From an uncultured Candidatus Saccharibacteria bacterium (GTDB taxonomy: Bacteria > Patescibacteriota > Minisyncoccia > Phycocordibacterales > PALSA-1337), in contig CAYMXR010000001.1 of assembly GCA_964394505.1 (NCBI GenBank), forward strand, positions 9,878 to 73,877: a DNA stretch of 64,000 bases, written 5' to 3'. Below the pieces are notes generated by a model, which saw only the letters and a list, made by a program, of their open reading frames with translations, did not search any database and had not been told where the DNA came from. Below, piece by piece: positions 57,929 through 64,000 of this stretch (the first letter of the stretch is position 1; every line of letters begins with the position of its first letter). The translations under genes and the position numbers were made by a program.

Positions 57929-58489
57929 TTAACAAATCCTTGTATTTTTGCAAGAAAGATGGGTTGGGGATAAGCGACGCGCTGAATGGGTGAGGGCAAC
58001 GGCGATCGCGTCGTATTCGTCATCGAGAGAAATTTTCTTTGGAATTTTGACCAGAAGGTGTATCATTTTTATTATTCTAGTTTTGTCACTGGTTCCGTCA
58101 CCAGTGATAGCCGACTTTATCTGAAGTGGGGTGTATTCGAAAATGGGGATGTTATTTTTTACTGCTTCATAAATTATAATTCCACGCACTTCGGCCACTC
58201 GCATGGCCGTTTTCTGGTTTTTTGCGACAAATAGAGATTCCATGGCCAGTTCGTTTGGGTTGTATTTTTTTATTATCGAAGATATTTCCTGCCCGATAAT
58301 CTTGAATCGATCATAAATGTTTTCACTGCGGTCGGTCTCTATGCAATTTGAAAATAAAACAGTTTCTTTGTCCTTGCCTTTTTCGATCACAGCTAGACCC
58401 AAGCGACCATAACCAGGGTCGATACCGAGGATAATGGCTGGACGGACAGTTGAAGCTGTAGCCGTTTCTGGGTAGGCTTGAGACTTCAT
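57929..58489 (-). CDS. ruvC: Holliday junction resolvase RuvC
   Basis: ILGIDPGYGRLGLAV...; the track ORF extends to 58531 and overlaps yebC, so the MKSQ start is preferred. Confidence 0.85.
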   Translation of the reverse strand: MKSQAYPETATASTVRPAIILGIDPGYGRLGLAVIEKGKDKETVLFSNCIETDRSENIYDRFKIIGQEISSIIKKYNPNELAMESLFVAKNQKTAMRVAEVRGIIIYEAVKNNIPIFEYTPLQIKSAITGDGTSDKTRIIKMIHLLVKIPKKISLDDEYDAIAVALTHSARRLSPTHLSCKNTRIC

Positions 58490-58499
58490 TGTCTTGGAA

Positions 58500-59030
58500 T
58501 TACTCTGCGTTGGTGAAGACTTCTTGAACATCGTCGTTATTTTCTAGATCCTCTACAAGCTTAGTTAGGACTTCGATATCGGCGTCTTCGATCGGCATTG
58601 TGCTAGTGGGTTTCCAGCCCTCGTGTGTCTTTTCGAATGCCCAAGAAGCACTACCGGGGGAGGCGAGCTCGAAGCCGTTCAGAGATAGGATGTGTTTGAT
58701 CTCCTGCGCAGCTTTATTTCTGTTATCAGTAAGAACTGAGATAAGAATTGCTACACCACCGGGGCCATAAGTCTCGTAAATAATATTTTCCATAGCAGCA
58801 CTGTTGTCGGTCATGGCTTTTTTGACTGCACGGTCGATGGTGTCATTTGGCATGTTTTCCTTGCGAGCTTTTTCGATGGCGGTAGCGAGGCCGGGGGATG
58901 AGAGATTGCCTTTGGCGGCTTTTGCTTCGACTGCTATGAGTCGAACAAGTTTGCCAAATTGCTTGCTCTTTTGAGCATCATTCTTGGCTTTGATATGTTT
59001 GATCTTCGAATATTTATTATGTCCTGACAT
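58500..59030 (-). CDS. yebC: YebC/PmpR-family protein (short, 176 aa)
   Basis: MSGHNKYSKIKHIKAKNDAQKSKQFGKL N-terminus. Confidence 0.75.
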   Translation of the reverse strand: MSGHNKYSKIKHIKAKNDAQKSKQFGKLVRLIAVEAKAAKGNLSSPGLATAIEKARKENMPNDTIDRAVKKAMTDNSAAMENIIYETYGPGGVAILISVLTDNRNKAAQEIKHILSLNGFELASPGSASWAFEKTHEGWKPTSTMPIEDADIEVLTKLVEDLENNDDVQEVFTNAE

Positions 59031-59043
59031 AATTTTGATTTAA

Positions 59044-60054
59044 TTATAATAATTTACCACTATCTTTTATCCCAACATGTTTGTATGCCTTATCTGTCGC
59101 AATTCTACCCCTAGGCGTCCTCTCTAGTAATCCCAACTGAATCAGATACGGCTCATAGACCTCTTCTATGGTTGCTTGCTCTTCAGACAGCGCAGCTGCG
59201 ATTGTATTTAACCCCACAGGTCCGCCGCCGAATTTATTTATAATAACTTTCAAAATATCTCGATCTGCTCCAGTAAGTCCGATATTGTCTACACCAAGCA
59301 TGACCAAAGCTTTCTCAACGATCTCTTTTGATAGGGAAGTCTTATTAATTTGGGCGAAGTCACGACATCTTTTTAGGTGATAGTTGGCTGTTCTTGGGGT
59401 GAAGCGTGAACGGACAGCTATTTCTGTAACCGCTTCTGGATGGATTTCTATATCGAGGATCTTGGCCGAGCGGTTTATTATCTTACTTATTTCGTCATTT
59501 GAATAAAATTCGAGTTTGAAAACTCCACCAGAAAAACGAGATCGGAGTGGCGCCGAGATCATAGCAATTCTGGTAGTCGCAGCAATAAGAGTAAACGGTG
59601 GAAGATCGAGTTGAATAGTTCTCGCAGACGGACCTTTGCCGATGATGATATCGAGCTTTCCTGTTTCCATGGCAGGGTAGAGGACTTCTTCAATGGCTTT
59701 GTTCAATCTGTGAATTTCGTCTATAAAAAGAATATCACCAGCAGAAAGATTTGTAAGTACCGATGCCAAGTCTCCAACTTTAAGAATTGCTGGCCCGGAA
59801 GTCACTTTCATTTGTGCCTCGGTCTCTTTTGCGATGAGGTGAGCAAGGGTGGTCTTGCCGAGCCCCGGTGGACCATAAAAAAGTATGTGTTCAGGTGGGT
59901 GTTTGCGCTCTTTTGCGGCAGTAAGGAGGATGTGCAGGTTATCTTTTATGTTTTTTTGACCAATGTATTCGTCCCAACGAGATGGTCGCAGGGTCTGGTC
60001 CAAAAACCCTGGGTCTTTTTCGGTGGTCGATGAATTGTTTGAAGTCCTTGACAT
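59044..60054 (-). CDS. ruvB: Holliday junction branch-migration helicase RuvB
   Basis: Walker A GPPGLGKTTLA, the sensor motifs, and a winged-helix C-terminus. Confidence 0.95.
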   Translation of the reverse strand: MSRTSNNSSTTEKDPGFLDQTLRPSRWDEYIGQKNIKDNLHILLTAAKERKHPPEHILFYGPPGLGKTTLAHLIAKETEAQMKVTSGPAILKVGDLASVLTNLSAGDILFIDEIHRLNKAIEEVLYPAMETGKLDIIIGKGPSARTIQLDLPPFTLIAATTRIAMISAPLRSRFSGGVFKLEFYSNDEISKIINRSAKILDIEIHPEAVTEIAVRSRFTPRTANYHLKRCRDFAQINKTSLSKEIVEKALVMLGVDNIGLTGADRDILKVIINKFGGGPVGLNTIAAALSEEQATIEEVYEPYLIQLGLLERTPRGRIATDKAYKHVGIKDSGKLL

Positions 60055-60330
60055 TTTTATTGCTCTATGCTAGTATTCTGTCGTAGTAGATTTGTAGTCT
60101 TTAAATACTGTATTTGTCTAAATATTTCGTTTATTTTTTCTTCTACTCTTTCGAGCCCGTAAACCTCTAAGCAATGGCCTTCCGAGGTTTGGGCATAGTG
60201 CTAAGGACATCTTGGTTGTAACGCTTCGGCGTTGCGTACTGGTATTATCCTCGGGACTCTGCCTCGCATAACGCATCACGCGATATGATATTGCTTAGAG
60301 ATTTATGTTCTTGAAGAGAACTTCCAAATT

Positions 60331-60438
60331 TGACGCATTTTTTCGTCATTTCGCTCATGTGCCCCTGCAATGTATAGGCAATACATTTTAGTCGCGCATT
60401 TCGCTCATTCCTCAAACTGCATTCAAATTTGGAAGTTC
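60331..60438. repeat. Element bounded by a perfect 18-bp inverted repeat (GAGAACTTCCAAATTTGA / TCAAATTTGGAAGTTCTC); the interior carries a GCATTTCGCTCAT direct repeat
   Basis: Seen directly in the sequence. Confidence 0.6.
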
Positions 60439-60525
60439 TCACAGCACTCCTTCTTTCTGCATCCTACCCCTGTCCACAGGAAAAAAGCAATTGACAGTGG
60501 GGATAATTTTGAGTTTGAGTGAATT

Positions 60526-60650
60526 GGACGTACACACTCGGCGCATTTCTTCGTTGCTTCGTTCGTTTGAAATCAAGCAGTATTACTATACAGCTTGATT
60601 TCAAGCCTCACTTGCGCCTCGAACTGCATCCAAGTGTGTACGTCCTAATT
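60526..60650. repeat. Second, related element bounded by a 15-bp IR (GGACGTACACACTCG / CAAGTGTGTACGTCC), with an inner GAAATCAAGC/GCTTGATTTC hairpin. Shares the CGCATTTYTTCGT and CCTCRAACTGCAT motifs with the first element.
   Basis: Seen directly in the sequence. Confidence 0.6.
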
Positions 60651-60664
60651 ATTAAAATCAAAAA

Positions 60665-62356
60665 CTAATCTTGTAAAGCGATAACCCTCTCAAGTTCTTC
60701 CAAAGAAGTAATACCTTGAAGAGCTTTTAATACTCCATCTTGACGCATGTTCAAAATACCTTGACCCTTGGCGGCGGCCCAGATCTCGCGGTCGTTCGGA
60801 TTCATCTCTACCGCATCTTCGATTTTTTTATCAGTTAATATTGCCTCGTATACTCCAATTCTACCTTTGTAGCCGGTGTTGTTACATTTGTCGCAACCTA
60901 CAGGTATCCAAATTTTTGACCTTTCGCTAGGTACTAAACTTTTATCTTCTATTTCATTTATTATAATTTCTACCTCTTTTTGCATCTCTCCTTCGAGTGG
61001 AATTTCCTTTCTACAATACAGACAAAGTTTACGTGCCAATCTTTGGGCCATCGCCACGCGGATAGCCGAGGTTATGACTTTTGAATTGACTCCAAGGTCT
61101 ATAAGACGGGGAAATGTACCAGCAGCGTTATTTGTGTGCAATGTCGAGAAGACCATGTGACCCGTGAGAGCAGAATTTACGGCAATACTTGCGGTTTCAT
61201 TGTCGCGGATTTCGCCGATCATTATTACATCCGGATCTTGGCGGACCGTAGCTCGCAAACCTTCGGCAAAGTTGTAACCTTTTTCATTGACTTGAGTCTG
61301 TACTATCCCTTCTAGGTGGTATTCGATAGGGTCTTCAAGGGTGATAATTTTTAGATCAGGTGAATGAATCTTTTTTAGGAACGAATAGAGCGTTGTTGTT
61401 TTTCCAGAACCTGTAGGTCCAGTGGTTAGGATCATGCCATCTGGGCGAGTCATTTCTTTGAGTAAAATGTTGAGCAGTTTTGGATGTATACCTAAACTTT
61501 CTAGTGGAACATCTATCGATTTTGGATTGAGAAGACGCATCACAACAGATTCATTGTAAGCTCCGGGGAGGATCGATACGCGCACTTCGATATCTCCAAT
61601 TGCGAGTTTTATACTAAACCTTCCATCTTGGTTGTCTTTTTTGATATTCAATTTCATTCCCGAGATGAGTTTGATACGCGAAAGGAGTAGGGCATATGTG
61701 TCATTGTCAAAGCGGATAATGTCATGAAGAACACCGTCTAGGCGATAGCGAAGCAAGGCATAACCCTGCTCTGGTTCGAAATGAATGTCGGAGGCATCTA
61801 ATGCAAGAGCTCCAGCCACGGATGTTTCCAAAATTCTAGAAACCCTGTAACTCATTCGGGTCGCAAGTAATGTTTGGAGAATCTTAACCACATCAGGCAA
61901 GGTCTTGGTTTGGTTTATTATCTTAGTGATTTCTTCATTAGAAATTTCTAGTGAACCAGCTTTGCTTTCGTAAGCAAAAGAGAGGTCTTTGTAACCAAGC
62001 CAAGCTTTCTCTAGGCTTTGAGTGGAAGCTATGTTTAATTCTGGGGTATAACCTTTGGCTCTAAGTCCTTCTAGAACGGCGACAACTTTTTCGTCTTCTG
62101 GGTTTCTAGATGCAACTTTGATTTTTTTATCAACAATGGCGTACCCGGCCACTTGGGCATTTCTAGCGGTTGTTTCGTCTATCAATCGCAGAGCGTCGGT
62201 GTTTATGTTTATCGAGATAAGATTGACATAATCGAGGCCGTATTTACCGGAAAGAACCTGAACGAGATCCTCCTCTTCTTTGTGTAAAAGATCATTCAGT
62301 TTTCTCTTTTGTTTGTCTTCGTCGAATGTGATGGTCATGTAAACATTATAGCGCAT
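60665..62356 (-). CDS. Second GspE/PilB-family secretion ATPase (retains the C-terminal tetracysteine motif)
   Basis: Walker A GPTGSGKTTTLY; CLYCRKE...CDKCNNTGYKGR. Confidence 0.85.
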   Translation of the reverse strand: MRYNVYMTITFDEDKQKRKLNDLLHKEEEDLVQVLSGKYGLDYVNLISININTDALRLIDETTARNAQVAGYAIVDKKIKVASRNPEDEKVVAVLEGLRAKGYTPELNIASTQSLEKAWLGYKDLSFAYESKAGSLEISNEEITKIINQTKTLPDVVKILQTLLATRMSYRVSRILETSVAGALALDASDIHFEPEQGYALLRYRLDGVLHDIIRFDNDTYALLLSRIKLISGMKLNIKKDNQDGRFSIKLAIGDIEVRVSILPGAYNESVVMRLLNPKSIDVPLESLGIHPKLLNILLKEMTRPDGMILTTGPTGSGKTTTLYSFLKKIHSPDLKIITLEDPIEYHLEGIVQTQVNEKGYNFAEGLRATVRQDPDVIMIGEIRDNETASIAVNSALTGHMVFSTLHTNNAAGTFPRLIDLGVNSKVITSAIRVAMAQRLARKLCLYCRKEIPLEGEMQKEVEIIINEIEDKSLVPSERSKIWIPVGCDKCNNTGYKGRIGVYEAILTDKKIEDAVEMNPNDREIWAAAKGQGILNMRQDGVLKALQGITSLEELERVIALQD

Positions 62357-62400
62357 AAGAGGGAAGTTCTGCGAATGCTATATTTTCCGCGAGGTGTTGT

Positions 62401-62427
62401 GGAGGGCGAGGTCGGACCTCGCCCTCC
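62401..62427. repeat. Extended perfect palindrome GGAGGGCGAGGTC-G-GACCTCGCCCTCC (copy E) in the divergent spacer
   Basis: 13+1+13 palindrome. Confidence 0.8.
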
Positions 62428-62532
62428 AATCGATCTTGACAAGTGAGGTCTATCCGTGCTAGTATCATAAGCGAATCTCAAGGCTGTGTGGTCTTGGGGA
62501 AAAACAACAATTCAGAAATCGGAGAACTTAGA

Positions 62533-62826
62533 ATGAAGACTCAATATTTTTTGTCGGCACTGGTCGCTTTACTGGTGTGCACCTCGGGGTGCGGGACTTT
62601 CAACAACGAGACAGTGAAGTTCACGGATACCAAGTTCGATCCTGGGACCACAAATGTGGTGTCCAGGACTGAGTTCGAACAGGTTAACCGATCTCGGTCG
62701 TTTAACCAGCCTGGTTCGTCCGTCGGCCACGACGGCACGTTTCTTCGGTTTCGGGCTTCGGTTGGGGGTGGAGCTCCGTATCAACCTATCTGGATCCAGC
62801 AGGGTCCCTACAGGTACTCCCAATGA
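62533..62826 (+). CDS. Small secreted or lipoprotein-like hypothetical protein in a GC-rich (~55%) islet
   Basis: MKTQYFLSALVALLVCTSGCG signal; GC content far above the flanks. Confidence 0.35.
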   Translation: MKTQYFLSALVALLVCTSGCGTFNNETVKFTDTKFDPGTTNVVSRTEFEQVNRSRSFNQPGSSVGHDGTFLRFRASVGGGAPYQPIWIQQGPYRYSQ

Positions 62827-62894
62827 ATGGTTTATCAGTTCGGAACGCCGATCAGTAATCGGTACCGAAATGACTAACCTCCCAGCTTCACTTC

Positions 62895-62935
62895 GGCCGC
62901 TTTCTCCATTGGGGAAGGCGGCCTCAACTTTTTAT
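62895..62935 (+). terminator. Hairpin GGCCGC-loop-GCGGCC followed by a T-run
   Basis: Stem-loop after the 62533 gene. Confidence 0.35.
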
Positions 62936-63117
62936 GAGACTATTTCTAGTTGATTTGAGATGGTAATAATAAGGCGAGGGCAGTAAGATTTTGAGCCATT
63001 AGAATGTAGCAGACCATTGACTTTTCTTTATATATAGTATATAATGCTACCATAAGATTAATTTCAATACACGGCTTAATGGAGGCCTAAATCAGATCGG
63101 GTAATCACGAAAATTAT

Positions 63118-63540
63118 ATGAAAAACACAAATAATTCAAAGATCATCCTTGTAGCATTGGCAGTAATGCTCGCTTTTGGCGTTGTTTCTATTATGCCAGA
63201 AAGTGCAAATGCTGGTTACGGCTACTCTGAATCTGGTTATTATGGTAGTGGTGCCAACTATTACGGTTCTTATTATGACGGCAGTGGACACGGTTATTAT
63301 TCTGGTGGCATGTATGTTCAAGGTTTAGCCGGACAACAGTCACCATGGTACCCATCTATAGTTGTGCCGATCGAGAGTCAAAGTTTCTTCATAGAACAAA
63401 CTTGGAGAAATTACGGCTTTAGTAGTCGTGACCTTAAACCTTTTTCTAACTCCTACTCTAGTCAATATTACAACTCCTACTCAAATTCCTACCATCCAGT
63501 ACAAAATTCTGGTGGCTTAAGAGGTGGTTACGGATATTAA
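63118..63540 (+). CDS. Secreted Gly/Tyr/Ser-rich low-complexity protein
   Basis: Signal peptide, then GYGYSESGYYGSGANYYGSYYDGSGHGYY and a C-terminal SYSSQYYNSYSNSY run. Confidence 0.4.
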   Translation: MKNTNNSKIILVALAVMLAFGVVSIMPESANAGYGYSESGYYGSGANYYGSYYDGSGHGYYSGGMYVQGLAGQQSPWYPSIVVPIESQSFFIEQTWRNYGFSSRDLKPFSNSYSSQYYNSYSNSYHPVQNSGGLRGGYGY

Positions 63541-63680
63541 GACTACCGGGATGTCTTCCTCGACTTCCCTCGACTTCGCTCCCTCGACTGGTTCGACAGG
63601 CTCACCACAAGAAAGCTCGGGACAAGATCGGGATAAATCGCTCGGAATAGACCTCATCCTTTTTGTGATATATTATTTAC

Positions 63681-64000
63681 ATGCAAAAACGCATCTCGCA
63701 TAGCCTAGAAGAAACAGATCAAATTGCCCGAGAGTGGCTTTTGGAAATGGAGACGAAATACGCGCAAAGAGACAGAGCTCTCGTCGTCGGCTTGTCCGGA
63801 CATCTAGGGGCAGGCAAGACCGCTTTTGTAAAAGCGGTGGCGAAGGCTTTGGAAATAGAGGAATCGGTTACAAGTCCGACTTTTGTCATAATGAAGATGT
63901 ACGACTGCCGATCCATTCAATGGAAAAAACTAATACACATTGATCTATATCGCCTAGAAAAGAAAGAAGAGATGGTTGCGTTAAAATTGGAAGAAGTGAT
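63681..64000 (+). CDS. tsaE: tRNA threonylcarbamoyladenosine biosynthesis ATPase TsaE (partial, runs off the window)
   Basis: GLSGHLGAGKTAFVKAVAKAL P-loop and the SPTF motif. Confidence 0.75.
   Translation, partial: MQKRISHSLEETDQIAREWLLEMETKYAQRDRALVVGLSGHLGAGKTAFVKAVAKALEIEESVTSPTFVIMKMYDCRSIQWKKLIHIDLYRLEKKEEMVALKLEEV

Overview
Low-GC (~38-40%) bacterial chromosomal segment, densely coded, with a reduced-genome look (short trigger factor, short YidC, truncated YebC, many secreted or membrane hypotheticals, frequent leaderless starts). This fits a Patescibacteria/CPR-like or similarly streamlined lineage; the lineage call is inference only. The window spans the replication-origin neighbourhood (rpmH-rnpA-yidC divergent from dnaA-dnaN, with DnaA-box-like 9-mers in both flanking spacers). 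It also holds a type IV pilus module (pilB-pilC-large prepilin-like gene) plus a second PilB/GspE-like ATPase, and a run of housekeeping genes (nusA, H+-PPase, tig, rsmE, clpP, rny, hup, cca, xth, xerC/D, rpsO, pnp, comM, uvrD/pcrA, ksgA, ponA, ruvABC region, yebC, tsaE). Four tRNA genes lie on the minus strand (Gly-UCC, Pro-UGG, Gly-GCC, Arg-UCG). A 12.7-kb co-directional cluster (38.1-50.8 kb) encodes a split VirB4-like ATPase, a VirB6/TrbL-like polytopic membrane protein, a VirB3-like small membrane protein and about eight secreted or membrane hypotheticals, read here as a type IV secretion-like apparatus with no relaxase or coupling protein in view. The most unusual features are GC-rich palindromic repeats (core GGCGAGGTC-N-GACCTCGCC) found five times, three of them in-frame inside a GC-rich rsmE that sits between tig and clpP bounded by 10-bp inverted repeats. 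Other notable items are a second hairpin family (TCTCGAG-TTTTTA-TCGAGAGA) in both orientations, a GTGCAAAGTGAAAA motif family, a duplicated ~65-bp terminator module, two GC-rich islets, and several structured non-coding regions (23.4-24.06 kb, 36.95-37.09 kb, 60.1-60.66 kb) that may be ncRNAs or MITE-like elements. No CRISPR array, rRNA or obvious transposase was found.
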